Below are positions 48,921-62,313 of a stretch of DNA of 64,000 bases, one piece after another. Source of the DNA: Sphyrna mokarran. Lineage: Eukaryota. Position 1 is the stretch's first letter. Each line of letters opens with the position of its first letter. Below the pieces are notes generated by a model that was not told the DNA's origin, ran no database searches, and was given only the letters and a program-made list of their open reading frames with translations. The stretch lies in the NCBI GenBank assembly GCA_024679065.1, contig JAGIQG010000010.1, positions 75,950,001 through 76,014,000 of the forward strand. The letters run 5' to 3'. The position numbers and the translations under genes are program-made.

Positions 48921-51900
48921 ACAGGAGCGACCCGATCAAGGGCTGCATATTCAACCAAGTATTGTTTGAGAAGCTTTCTCTCTCTATCCCAACCTTCCGC
49001 ACTTTAACCTCAATGCTTCTGATACTAAAATCATTAATCACATTCAGAAACTTATTTTTAAGAAGAAAAGCAGCTTTGGAACGTTAACTGGTTCTGCAGG
49101 AATGACTCAGACAAGGTTCGTGGAAGAGATCCAGTCACACAAGGTTCAAAAGGCGGCAGATTTGTCCACTTACAGATTACATCACGGATCTATTAAGTAT
49201 CCATTTTAAATCATATCAGAGAGAGAGAGAGCAAATAACTGGACTCAGGATCAAGTTGGTCTGAACACTTCACACCAGCTTAGTAAAATCTCATTATAAA
49301 GCACGGCAAATTGTTATGTGTGTGTGTACTGGACAGTAAGGGAACCAAACTAGGATTCAAATACCAATACAATGTATTTGTGTCTTTGTAAGGCGCTGTA
49401 ATCCCGGAATCTAACTCAGAGTCTATCTGTGTTCTGACGTTTCAGAGTTTAGGGCGTAGTGACCATAAATTAAATTCCTCACATAAGGAGAGTTTAAACA
49501 AAATGATTTTCGGTGAATTTTCAGTCAGAAAATTGCTAAAAGGAGTGGAACATTCGACATTAATTTACGGTGCGCTCATTCTGGAAAGATAGGAAGCGGA
49601 GTGAATTTTTGTGATTGCAGTAATTATAGTTCGACAAATGAGTAAATGTAAGTTTGCAGCTTCACAAGACAACAGCGGGTTAGTGTCTGGGGCCATGATT
49701 CTAATAAGGAGACATTTTATAACCAGGGCTTACTGAGACTGAAATAGATTTAAAAGAAATAGATCCAATTCGACCCAATACAGGGTGTGTCGATAATTTT
49801 AAACTACTTCAGATGGGAAATGAAGATTCGGAAATGCTGGTAAGAATCTGAACAACAAGAATGTGAGCAAACTAATATATTTCATAGGAGAGAGTAGTGT
49901 AAATTAATCATTAATCTTCTGGGAATAGAAATTCAAGATGTTTAGGGTTTTCAGTAAGATTTAATTTGCAAAATTATTATTTTCGAAGACATTTTAAGGT
50001 ATCGAAAGTACAATTTTATATCTCAAACCACTTATTAAACTATTAACTGGACAGTATTTTATTACACAAAAAACAAAACAAGCAAAAGCATTTCCCCAAA
50101 AACGTCTGAGTAAAAACCGGAAGTCGTTTTTTTTTGAAAACTGGTAGTGTCACATTGCTACATATAAGTTCCACACATGTCATGTTCAGAATTGACCTTT
50201 CCCTTCGACAATTGCCCATAAACTAAACATTTTCCAAATTTGAAAGTGCCGCCAATACAAATTATTTTTTCCGTTTTCAAACTAAAACGTGTTTCAACAT
50301 CAGTAAAGTGCCTTATTAGGTTAGGATCTTGCATACATGTGACGGCGTGGAGAGTGCATCTCTCCTAATGCATTGCCCTTAAAGTCTTAATGAGCTACGT
50401 CCGAAGACGTCGGGAGCATTTCTAAAAAAGAGTCTTAATTATCATTCAGTGATGGACTACAACTTGGTCGCTATTACAACACAAATATAAAAATAACTAT
50501 TATATCGATGATATAATGTACTGTGTCACGCGAGTTCCTACGCAATGTAATGATACACAACATTTAATGTCGTGGCTTATATTATTAAAGTGATCATTTT
50601 TATGTTACTGACAATCACACACCATAGTAAACCTGACAGTATCTGTGCTGTTCGTCCTTTGACTTAAACTATGTGGTGATATTATACTAACACTTCAAGC
50701 CTGGCGAGTATATTTGTATGAAGCAAAGGTGTAGCCGGCAAATATATAGTCCTTTGCCACGTGTATCCCTACTAAGCAATTATTTGACATTGCATTTTTC
50801 CTCCTGCTCAGATTTTGGCAAGTTACCCGCCAAGGTGTCAAGAAGTGAGAGCACAAATCATAGTCAGGAACCCTAACAATGCTGGCAATGCTATCGAAAT
50901 ATTTGCAAACGTGCTTGATATTTTAATTACCTCAGAGACAAGGGGGGGACCTTTCGATGTCAAGGAATTGTATGTCTTTGGAATTACAAAAACTTATTTG
51001 TTTGTTTAGGAAGAGCAGGTCCTCGAAGTACTTTCACCTTTCACATTTGGCCCAGCGTTATTTTGAAAGACTTTTTTCAGAATTTCATTGACTTCCATTT
51101 ATTAGGTCTCAGCAACCGACTAGTCTTTTTTAAAAATGTAAAACTATAAACAAATCGAAATGCCCACTCCTCCCCTGGCCTCCGCAGCCGATCCCATGTT
51201 AATGGCTAATTTTAAATCGCCCTATGTGAATTTGATGAAGCAGTCAACTCAAAATGCAATTTAAAAAGGTGATAAAACTGACAAAAGTTGTTGTCACTTG
51301 AATTATATTGCATGAGTGTGCTTCATAAATTGAGCTCCGAGTTGTCTGCCCTGTCTGTGAACGCCATTCAGATCCTGTAATCTCAAAGTAATAAATGACC
51401 ATTAACCTGACGAGTTATGATCATGGCTATTTGTTAGAGCCTGGTGTGACTCTGATCTCTGCAGTTTTATCTGCTGCAATGTATTCTGTCAAAACAACGC
51501 ACTAAATTAATTTCCCCAAAAATAGAGCCTTACTTCTGGGAATTGTGTCTTTCTGGGTTGATTTTAACTATCGCTCCAATCGAATTCGATTTCTCGGGAT
51601 TGAGTGAAGGTTTCAGAATTCACAGTTTGATCAAAGAAAGGCAACGATACATTTCTGCTGAGGTGGACAGTGGGCGTTAAGTTTGGCCAACAATAACCAC
51701 CCGCAGTAATAAAACAAGTACTCTTACATCAGATAAACTACCGGAGATAAAGTACAAATTTGTTTCTTTTCTTTTGAGTGCAAAGTTTAATTGAATCAAC
51801 CAAAAAAAATTTCGAAAATAAAAACAGAAAATGCTAGAAAAAAAACTTAACGAGTCTGACAGGATCTGCAGAGAGACAGAGTTAACATTTCGAGTTCCTA

Positions 51901-52129
51901 TGACTTCCTCAGAGTCTTGCGATTTCTATCATTGCATTTATTAGTTTCCGAACGAGATAGATTTTGTGTGGGGGGTTGGGGGGTGCGTAGGGGGAGAGTC
52001 CCACCCGTTACATTTTACATTGCGCTACAGGTTAGCACATTTCATCTAGAAATTGGCACGCTGATATTCTACATCATTTGTTCCCCATTGCTCGATGTTT
52101 TGAATCTCTCAGGAAGGCAGCCCTTTTTG

Positions 52130-52465
52130 TTAAAGCTTGGTGGGCTGGGCTTCCTGGCTGGGAATATCCAAAAGAAGCAGGTGGCAGATTTTTTAACCTC
52201 CTGGATACTGATGTGGAGCTCTTGCTCTGGGCTGTTGCGGATCCTGCTGCTGAGCTGTTGGATTGTGGTTTCCCTGTCATTCATCCTGACACAGATCACG
52301 AACGGGGAAATCAAATCTGCTCTTGTAAGAAGCATTTAATTCAGTAAGCTGGGATCTCTGGCCCCCTGGAGTGAGGTGATTAAATCAACTCGGTTCTGCC
52401 CTCCCTAAGATTCGGGTCCCTTCTAGTCAGATTGGGATGTCAGTGCAGGATTCTCTTCATTCTCT
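52130..52465 (-). pseudogene. URAD: Disrupted duplicate of the URAD last exon
   Basis: Retains FVICVRMNDRETTIQQLSSRIRNSPEQELHISIQEVKK and ends ACCAAGCTTTAA (TKL*). It has an in-frame TGA in the LRCHP region (CTG CAC TGA CAT CCC), an internal deletion and frameshifts relative to 61961-62313. Confidence 0.88.
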
Positions 52466-52949
52466 TTACGATACAAGTTTTAAATGTAATATATCTTTGG
52501 GGAAACTGGCGTCAAATTGTTGTATTTTGTTTCGTAATCCTTAGGCTCTTCACACAAAATGAACAAAGATAATTGACAACGACAAGTAAATAATTGATTT
52601 ACTGACTTTTCTGAATATATCAAATTCCATATTTAATCTTGGGATAGAGACAACAATTGGTGGAAGCAGCTGGAGCTTAAAGCATAGATCAGAGTATGTA
52701 TTAAATGGTAAGAAGCTGGCGGGTATAAAGCAGTAAGCAGCAGCGAAACCAGTTAAATTCATAGAGCGCTCAAACCAGGAATCTGGTGAAGGAAGAGACC
52801 TGTAGTAATTTGCAAGACCGAGGCAGATCCGAGAGAAAGGTTGGGAGACAGCAAGACATGAGGACTGGAGGCATCATTTACATGTGCGGGTGGCGATTGC
52901 TTGCTGGGTTTGCGGTTTTTTTCTCTGAACTGGGGCAGTAGTTTAAAGT

Positions 52950-55250
52950 AGGAATGGTGATCACAATTCAATAAGTTTCAAGATATTTGTAGAAAAGGAT
53001 AGAAGTAGTCCCAGAGTGAAAGTACTAAACTGAGGGAAGGCTGACTACGATAGTATTAGGCAGGTACTAGGAAGTAAGGACTGAGGAGGGTGTGGTTATT
53101 TAAGGGCTGAATCCACGTCGATTATGTGGGAGTCTTTTAGAAGTTAGTTGTTAACAATTCAGAAAAAGTATGTCCCTGTAAAAGTGAAGGATAAAGATGG
53201 CAAAGTGCAGAAACACTGGATGACAAGAGAGATTGGAAGTTTAGTGAAAAAGAAGGAGGCATGCATAAATTTCAAGAAATTGAAAATGAATAAGGCTCTT
53301 GAGGAATATAAAGATAGCAAGGAAGAGCTTAAACAGTGGCTTAGGAGGGCAAAAAGGGGCTATGAAATGTCCTTGGCAGGCAGGGTTAAGGAGAATCCCA
53401 AGGCATTTTATGCACATAGAAGGAAAAGGGGAGAAATTATTAGTGAGGATCCTTAGGGACAGGATATACTTGTATTTGGAAGAGAATAACCTTATTTGCA
53501 ATAGGCAGCATGGTTTTTGCAAAGGCGAAGTCATGTCTCACAAATTTGGTTGAGTTCTTTGAAGAAGTGAGAAGAAAAAGTGACAAAGGTAGTGGAGGGA
53601 ATTTGTGTGTGAAGATGAGATCCTTAATGAGTACTTTGCATCAGTATTCACAGAAGAGAAAGATGTGGTGAACGGTGAATGTAGAAAGGCGGATGTTGCC
53701 ATTCTAGGACACATTGAGATAAAAAGGGAGGAGGTGTTAGAGTTTTGAAAAACATTAAGATTGACAAGCCCTCAGAGTCGGATAGGGTCTATCCCAAAAA
53801 ACTGAGAGATGTGAGGAAAGAAATTGCTGAAGCCTTAGCCAATATCGTTGTATCTTCTTTAGCCACAGGTGAGGTACTAGCAGACTGGAGAGTAGCTAAT
53901 ATTCTTCCTCTATTTAAGAAGAGCAGAAGAGACAATCCAGGAAATTACAAGCCTGTGAATCTTGTATCAGTGTGGGAGAAATTATTGGAGAAGATTCTTA
54001 GGGACAGGATGTAGGCAGCATGGTTTTGTGAAGGCGGGGTCATGGCTCACAAATTTGATTGAGTTCTTTGAGGAAATGACAAGAAAAAGTGACCAGGGAA
54101 GGGCAGTGGATGATGTATACATGGATTTTAGCAAAGCCTTCGATAAGGTTCCCCATGGTAGGCTAACACAAAGGGTGAAGTCAAATGGGATCCAAGATGA
54201 ACTAGTAAGATGGATACAAAACTGGCTTGGGCATAGAAAGCAGAGACTAGCAGTGGAAGGACACTTTTCTATCTGGAGGACTATGACAAGCAGTGTTCAA
54301 CAAGGATCAGTGCAGGGGCCTCTGTTTTTTGTAATATATATGAATGATATGGAGGAAAATGTAAGCTGTCTGAATAGTAAATTTGCAGATGACACAAAAA
54401 TTGGGGAGTAATGGATAGTGAGGGGGATTGTCATAGGGTACAGCTGGATACAAAACAGCTGAAAGATGGCAGATGCAATTTAATTTGGACAAATATGAGG
54501 TGATGCAATTTGGGAGGTATATTACAGAGAGCCCTTAGAAATATTAGCATACAGAGGGATCTAGGCATGCAGATCCAAAGTTCCCTGAAGGTGGCTACTC
54601 AGGTGGTCAAGGTGGTTAAGAAGTCATATAGCATGTGGGCCTTCTTTGTTCGGGATATTGAGTATAGGAGTTGGAAAATCATGTTGCAGCTGCATAAGAC
54701 ATTGGTTAGGCTGCATTTAGAGCATTGTGTACAATTCTGGTTGTTACACTATCAGGCGGATATTGACGCATTGGAAAGGATGCCGAAGAGATTTACCAGA
54801 GTGTTGCCTGGTTTGGGGGATATGAACTACGAAGAAAGGTTGAACAAACTTTGATTGTTTTCACCGAAGTATCAGAGGATGAGGGAGGACTTAACGGAGG
54901 TTTGCAATATTAGTTTGGAGATAATGGATAGTCAGAGTCTTTTTCGCATGGTTGAGGGGTCAATTACCTGGGGGTAAAGATTGAAAGTGAGAGAGGAAAA
55001 GTTTAAAAAGAGATGTATGGGGCAAGTCTTTCACACTGAGAGTGGTGAATGCCTGCCAGAAGAGGTGGTGGGAACAGATTCCATAACAATGTTCAAGAGA
55101 CATCTGAATAGATATATGAATTGGCAGGGAATAAAGGGATATGGACGATGTAGAGGTAAGAAAATACTAGATTAGAAAGGTATCTGTGTTAGCACAGACT
55201 TGGTGAGCTGAAGGGACTGTTCCTACGCTATACTGTTCTTTGTTCTTTGG
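52950..55250 (+). mobile_element. CR1-like LINE, rearranged and decayed ORF2
   Basis: KENPKAFY, DWRVANILPLFKK..RDNPGNYKPVNL, QHGFVK...LTNLIEFFEE, YMDFSKAFDKVPH, KFADDTKIG and LVRLHLEHCVQFW, plus a 3' tail. Confidence 0.92.
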
Positions 55251-55509
55251 TCAGGACTTGGGAGATATAAGCATTGCATTACATTTAAAGCCTAACTGAT
55301 TAGACTATTTACTGTAACTAGAAATAATTGCTTAGTGGTATTTCAAAACTTGAAATCCACGTCAGGTAAACAAAATGTAATAAAGTGGTAGGGCGGGTAA
55401 GATGATGCAGCTGCAGCATTTTGGAACTTGTAGATCTAAGTGCAATCCACAGAAGCCACATTTGAAGTAAATCCTTTTCACTAAGATCAAGCATCTGATC
55501 AAGCCCAAG

Positions 55510-56300
55510 ATGGCATACAATGCCTTATCTTGTCAGCTTGGATCTTGTTTGTCTCCCTTGTGGGGACCATGGGATTCAGTTGGAATTTGAATTTAGTTTT
55601 TGGAGCAAGAAAGGAATGAATTTGAGTCTGCCCAGTCCACTCTGCAAATTGGCTTTGTAACTTTAAGAATGGAATAAAAATGTTAAAAACTGTCTGTAGT
55701 TGTTGCACATCTTGTGGAATGTGCCTTTGCAAACAAGGTCCAGAGGGAAATGCAATATCTTTTGTTGAGGTTCATCCCAAGCAGTTCTGTGATGCAGGAT
55801 TCTGTTCTCTACAAATATTTCCAGGGAACAAAGAACAAAGAACAACACATCACAGGAAACAGACACTTAGGCCCAACGAGCCTGCGTCACCACCTTGACG
55901 TTCCTTCTACCACCCATGATCCCTGTCCATATTTATAGAAATCTGCATTGGAACCAAATTAGCGAGATAATTTAGGGAGAATTTGTTCTGCCAATCAGCC
56001 TAAGAGCACATCTTTGGGGTATGGGAGGAAACCGGAGCACCCGGAGAAAACTCATGCAAGCACAGGGAGAATGCGCAACTCCCACAGACACAGGCCCAAA
56101 TCCATGTATCTGCACAGCACAGTGATAGTCACTGAGCTGTCATCAACTGGTCCAGTATAAGCGTACACTAATGACGTGAAGCACTAGGCTACTCTCAAAA
56201 ATCCAAGAGCAGCCCTTTCACGACCCATCACGTGTATGCCCCTTGTTGGACAACAAGGCGGACCAAGTCTCTGTAGGAAGCACATGAGACAAACATCAAT
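55510..56300. repeat. Local duplicate copy A, containing a minus-strand V-SINE
   Basis: Colinear with about 60500-61060 through the SINE and through non-SINE flank (GCGTACACTAATGACGTGAAGCACTA.GCTACTCTCAAAAATCCAAGAGCAGC). Confidence 0.85.
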
Positions 56301-56999
56301 TGCTACTGGAAGATCATCAGCTCGATGAAAGGCACTCATTAGTCTGCCTGAATAGCGTTGATCTACCAGTTCAAAGAATTGTCCTTGACAGAGCGTTACA
56401 GACTGGCACATTCCAAGGTCTAGGACTATGGGCTGAGGGATACACTCAAGCTTGGGGCAGCTGCCACCAAGAAGCAATGGGGAAAGGCTACTGTGTGACT
56501 TTCAGTCAATTCACAGCAAGGGGCTGGTAACTGTGTAACACCCCTCAGACTTTGTTTAATCCTAATTGTATGTAACTGTATTGAAGCACCACATCGTGCA
56601 ACATGATCAATATATATAGTTTGAAAAAAATGTACTCTCTGTAATGAAAATATTGAAATGTTTGTAATGTTCTCATTACTGAACTGAAGCACATTGGAAT
56701 GCATCTTGATCACTGGAGAAAATGTAAACATCATTGCACTTTATTGTTGTGACAATTTGAAATGTTTTGAATTGTATCTTTCAGATATTTTATAAATAAG
56801 ATACTTCTGTAAAAATCAAATGTTCAAGGAACTTCGGCTGAGATGATGCTCTGAAAGTCAAGCTTCACACTCTGTGATGCATCAGGGAGGGAGAAAATTG
56901 CTTGGGTATTTTGTTGCAGGAAAAAGTCTTTAAGTTAAGTATTTCATATTTGGTGCTTGGCCTAGGGGAGGAGGGTGTGACAATGAGTGAGATAGTATG

Positions 57000-59690
57000 G
57001 AGAGCCAAAAGAAAGCACTGAAGAAGCATCAGCCCTTGCACTTGTCCAAAAGCTTTAAGATTCTTGCAGCTTGTGTGGACAAAAGCAGAGACTGTAGGGA
57101 GGATGAGCAAACTGACCACAACACTTTGGTATAAAAGGCCATTCAAATTGGGGGACTAAAAAATAATGTAATAGTGATATAAGTGGACAACATAGTTGGG
57201 GGATAGATACTGCTCTTTGTAACCGACAGTATTAATCCCTAATTCCTGTGCCAGGGCTAAGGACATCTTCTCAGGAGTGGAGAGCAAATTGAAGTTTAAG
57301 GAGAAGATCCGGTTGTCATGATCTACATGGGTACAAAAGCCATAAGCAGGACTAAGAAAGAAGTTCTGCACAGGGAGTATAAACAATTAGGAGTGAAATC
57401 AGAAAGCAAAACCATAAAGATAATAATCTCTGGATTACTATCTGAACCTTGAACAAATTACATATTGTAAATAAGATCAGAGTTGTGTGTGATTTATTAT
57501 TTTTGTCATCCTTTGCTTGTTTCCATTTTTTTCCCAATCTTCATAACATTGTAAGTCTTTTCTTCCCATCCAATACCATTCTTAACTTCCTTAAGTTAGT
57601 CAAGAGTTGATATCGGAGAAGTGGGTTTCAATTTAAGGGGCACTGCACAAGAACTGGGGTAGAGTGTGCTGATTCATTGTTTTTAGGTTTTACTTGAAAC
57701 TTGTTGAAGCCAGTTTCCTGGTGAGTTGAACAATTAAGGCTGTAGCGAGGTCTTTAAAGTAAAGAAAATGATGGAGCGGATTCCTGTTAATGAGAACAGA
57801 GAAGTTAATAGTGAAGATTAACAACTCAGATAGTAATTGTCAGATGTAAGAGGTGGAGACTGAGTAAACAAATGTGCATCAACAAAAAATGGTCATTTTT
57901 GTTAAACTGTACATTGTAAAAAGGCTGAATTCTTTATTTGAGTGCATGGCTCATTTATAATGATGAAGATAAATTGACTGAACAAATAAAAATAAATGGA
58001 TATGGTATAATTGCCATAGTAGAGACATGGTTGCAAGGTGACCAAACCTGGGAATTGAATATTCAAAAGTTTTTGACATTTAGAAAGGATAGGAAGCAAG
58101 GACAAGGAAGTAGAGTATCTCTGCTAATAAAGGATGAGATCAGTGTTATAGTGAAAAATGATCTTGACTCAGAAGATTAAGGTGCAGAATTCATTTGGGT
58201 GGGGATAAGAAAGAGTAAGGGAAAGAAGTAGTACAGAGTATAAATCAGGAAATTATGGGAGCTTCTAAAGAAGGCTACTGAAATAATTGTGCCTGATTTT
58301 AATATTCAGAAATTGGACAAATCGAATTGGCCAAGATAGGCTTGTGGATGAGTTCACAAAGTGTATCTGGACTGTTTCTCATAAGAATACATTGAATCAG
58401 GGAGCTGGCTTTCTTTCTTTGTTCTTTCATGGGGGTGTGGGCCTCACTGACAAGAATAGATTTTTGTTGCCCATCCTGCATTGCCCTTGAATGGTTTGCC
58501 AGGCTATTTCAGAAGGCACTTAAGAAAGAGTCAGTCACGTTAGAGTCACATGTCACAGTAAGGACAGCAGATTTCCTTACCTAAAGGACATTAGTGAACC
58601 AGATGGGTTTTTATTTCAGCTATGTTCCAGATTTATTAATTGAATTTAAATTCCACCAGCCATTGCAATTTGAACCTTTGCCTCCAGATCATTAGCCAGA
58701 ATCTCTGGATTTCTATTCCAGTAACATTAAGCCACCATTTCCCATAAAAAAAATCATTACCCAGTGTAGGGCTTGAAAAAAATGACATTGAGCTATTCAG
58801 GCTATTTACAACATAGTTATGTGCAATGAAACAGGATAAGTAAATTATCTCATAGAAAATGGCCCATGAGATAAAAGTTATTGTAACATGATAGAATTTC
58901 ACATTCCGTTTGAGGGTAATAAAATTGGGTCTGAAACTAATGTCTTAAACTTAAATAAAGGCAATTACAAAAGTACGATGATTGAGTTGGCTAGGGGATA
59001 CTGAGAAAATAAGTTAACAGGTTTAACAGTAGAAAACAATTCTGGGCAGACATTAAGGAGACATTTCATAATTCCCAATAACTCCCAATAATGATATATT
59101 CCATTGAGAAAGAAAACTTCTACGGAAAGGATAAATCAACTGTGGAACTTAAGGAAATTAAGAATTGTATCAAATTGAAGCAAAAGGCATACAATTTTGT
59201 GAAGATTTTCCCAGGAAATTGGGGAAAAAATAGAAACAAGCAAAGGATGATAAAAATCATAAAGATTAAGAAATTAGGATTTGAGAGTAAACAAGCCAAA
59301 AATATAAGAGATAGCAAGCACTTCAACAAGTATATAGCTAAAGTAAATATTTTGCCCTTAAAAGGTGTGACTGGAGAATTACCATAAGAAAACAAGGAAA
59401 AAGCAGACTTTGAACAAATATTTTATAACTGTTTTCATGGGAAAAGACACTAAAAGCATCCCAAGAATAGTAGAAAATCAAGGCGCAAAAGGTAGGAAGG
59501 AACTTAAAGCAACCATTACCACTGGAGAAAAGGAGAAAATGAATGGGATTAGAAGCTGACCGGTTCTGTGTGCTACATAGCCTGTTGACTAGTTTGTTAA
59601 AAGAAGAGGATGCATTGTTTGTAATCTTATAAAATTCTCTCAACTCTGGAAAAATTCCAGTGATTTGAATAACCAGAAATGTAACTAGTA
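57000..59690 (+). mobile_element. Highly decayed CR1-like LINE 5' and middle fragments (APE endonuclease), interrupted by a SINE
   Basis: YGIIAIVETWLQGDQTWELNI...FRKDRKQGQG...LLIKD (endonuclease), LNLNKGNY, and later NSLNSGKIPVI pieces. Confidence 0.7.
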
Positions 59691-60499
59691 ATCCAGAGGC
59701 ACCTTCCCTCTCCCCCGCCACTCCTGTTAATGCTCCAGGAATCCAGGTTCAAATACCACCATGGCAGATGGTGAAATTTGAATTCAATGTAAGTTTGATA
59801 ATGACCATGTCATTTAAACAAAACCCTTCTGGTCCTCTGCGGGAAGTGGAAATCTGCCATTCTTATTTGGTCAACAGGTGACTCCAAATCCACAGAAATT
59901 AAATGTCCTCTGAAATAAGCACTCTGTTCGAGGGCAATTAGAGATGGGCAATGAATGCTAACCCAGCCAGCGATTCCTATGTGCAATGAATAAAAAAAGT
60001 CACCAATTAAATATTCCTTTGAAGGGTATTTGCTGTTACAATATAAAAAACAAAGAAAACACAGGGCTCCACACACAATGCAAAAATGTCCAGAATCATT
60101 CTTTTAACTGATTGAGTTAATTGAGCATCACGTATTGGTTGCATCAGGAGGAGAACTCACTTACCCAATTGAAAGTGAAGAGGGCATTTAATTTGAATGA
60201 TTACAATGAATAGTCAGCACAGATATTCATATTTGAAATTCTGGAGGAAACGATGATCACATACATGATTGGCCCAGACTAGGGTCAAGGAAATATTTCC
60301 GTAAACATAGACAAGGGTCATGGGTGGAAGTGGGAATGTTAAAATGGTGGCACGGGCTCGTTGGGCCGAAGGGCCTGTTTCCCGCGTGGTGTTCTTTGTA
60401 AAGGATCATCTAATGAGGTTAAACTGAGACTTCTCCTGATGCAATTCTTCAAAGCCACCTCAGCCTTTTAGATAGGATGAAGCATTAGATGAAGTCTAG

Positions 60500-61060
60500 A
60501 GTGGATGCAATGCCTCATTTTGTTGGCTTGGATCTTGTTTATCCTTTTCATGGCGACCATCCATTAGATTCAAAGAACAAAGAACAAAGAACAAAACAGC
60601 ATGGGAAACAGGCCGTTCAGCCCAACATGCCTGTGCCACCACCTCGATGTCCCCACTTCTACTCATGATCCCTGTCTATGTTTATAGATCTATGCATTGG
60701 AACCAAATTTGCGAGACAATTTAGGGGGAATTTGTTTTGCCAATCAGCCTAAGAGCACATCTTTGGTGTGTGGGAGGAAACTGGAGCTCCCAGAGAAAAC
60801 CCACACAAGCACGGAGAAAACGTGCAAACTTCCACAGACACGGGCCCAAATCCATGTATCTGCACAGCACAGCAATAGTCACTGAGCTGTCGTGTTGCCC
60901 ATCAATTGGTCCAGGTCAAGCGTACACTAATGACGTGAAGCACTATGCTACTCTCAAAAAATCCAAGAGCAGCGCTCTCACGACCCATCGCATGTATGCC
61001 ACTTGTTAGACAACAAGGCAGACCGAAGTATCTGTAGGATAAAAGAGAAAAACATCAATA
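60500..61060. repeat. Local duplicate copy B
   Basis: Direct-orientation partner of 55510-56300. Confidence 0.85.
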
Positions 61061-61124
61061 TCATTCACAACTTACACAATTCCCAGGGAACTCCCAAGAC
61101 TCATGATCCCTATTTTAAATCAGT

Positions 61125-61567
61125 TTTCAATATCCCTCCATTCCCATTTTGTTCATGTGCCTATCTAAGTACCTCTTAAATAACTCCAGAGTGCCTGCCT
61201 CCACCACTTTACTTGGCAGCGCATTCCATACCTTCATCACTCTCTGTGTGAAAAAACTCCCTCTAGCATCCAAATTATACCTTACACCCCTCACCCTAAG
61301 CCCGTAACCCCTCGTGATATTTGAGTCTATCCTAGAAAAAAGCTTAACACTGTTTACTCTATCTATACCCCTCATTATCTAGTACACCTCTATTAGATCT
61401 TTTCTAAGTCTACATCTTTCTAAGGAAAACAGCCCCAATTTGCCAAATCTCTCCTCATAACTCAGACCTTCCATACCAGGCAGCATCCTAGTAAACCTCC
61501 TCTGCACTCTCTCCAGAGTCTCCACGTCCTTCCGGTAGTAAGGCAATCAGAACTGGATGCAGTATTT
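61125..61567 (-). mobile_element. CR1/HER1-like LINE 3' fragment
   Basis: YCIQF*LPYYRKDVETLERVQRRFTRMLP...MRGIDRVNS...FFTQRVMKVWNALPS. Confidence 0.9.
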
Positions 61568-61960
61568 GTTTTTTTTGGATGAGGAGTGGGATTTCAATTC
61601 ATAATCTTCTGATCTGGAGACAAGAAAATACCCACTGAGCCACAAGAATTAGTTTAAGGCTTGGCCTTCTGCATTTTGTATGATGGGATTTCTTTGGGAA
61701 TGCTACCTTCAATAAATAGCATTCACACCAATAAACTAGTAGTGTAATGCTTAGGGGAGGGGCGAAATAATGTGTAGGTATATTTCATTCCTTATGAGTG
61801 AAAGACTGAATGAATTTAATCAAACAGAATAAATTCTAGTTTCATTGCATTTATTAGCCTCCAAAAACAATACATTCAATTTGTGATGTTACATTTGACA
61901 TTGTACTCGTGTTCCTCAGTATTTGATGCTTTGAACTTCTCTGACAGACAGCCCTTCCTA

Positions 61961-62313
61961 TCAAAGCTTGGTGGCTTGGGCTACCTTGCTGGAGATATCC
62001 AAGAGGCGCAGGTGGCAAATTTTTTTAACCTCCTGGATACTGATATGGAGCTCCTGTTCTGGGCTGTTGTGGATCCTGCTACTGAGCTGTTGGATTATGG
62101 TTTCCCTGTCATTCATCCTGACACAGATCACAAACGGGAAATTAAATCTGTTCTTGTAAGAAGCATTTAATTCACTAAGCTGGGATCGCTGGCCTGGAGT
62201 GAGGCTGGTTAAGCCAGCGCGGTTCTGCTCTCCCTGGGATTCTGGTGACAGGGTTCCTCGGAGTAGGTCTCTCCCTGCCAGGTCGGGATGGCATCGCAGG
62301 ATTCCCTCTTTCC
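61961..62313 (-). CDS. URAD: URAD/PRHOXNB (OHCU decarboxylase) last coding exon; upstream exon not found in the window
   Basis: Acceptor tctttgtaaag|GG (phase 1). GKEGILRCHPDLAGRDL..GTLSPESQGEQ..AG...LNASYKNRFNFPFVICVR...EVKKICHLRL with the catalytic His in HPDL and a C-terminal TKL (PTS1-like). Expected position next to Cdx2. Confidence 0.92.

Noticed and set aside
52069-52335. 88-aa ORF as a functional second URAD
   Set aside because: It lacks the catalytic HPDL segment, and both ends are out of frame relative to the intact exon.
52470-61840. Search for a URAD exon 1 belonging to the duplicate copy
   Set aside because: No FGNVVEKCP/AAVW-like peptide is visible in the ORF track or by eye. 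A very decayed copy cannot be excluded without tBLASTn.
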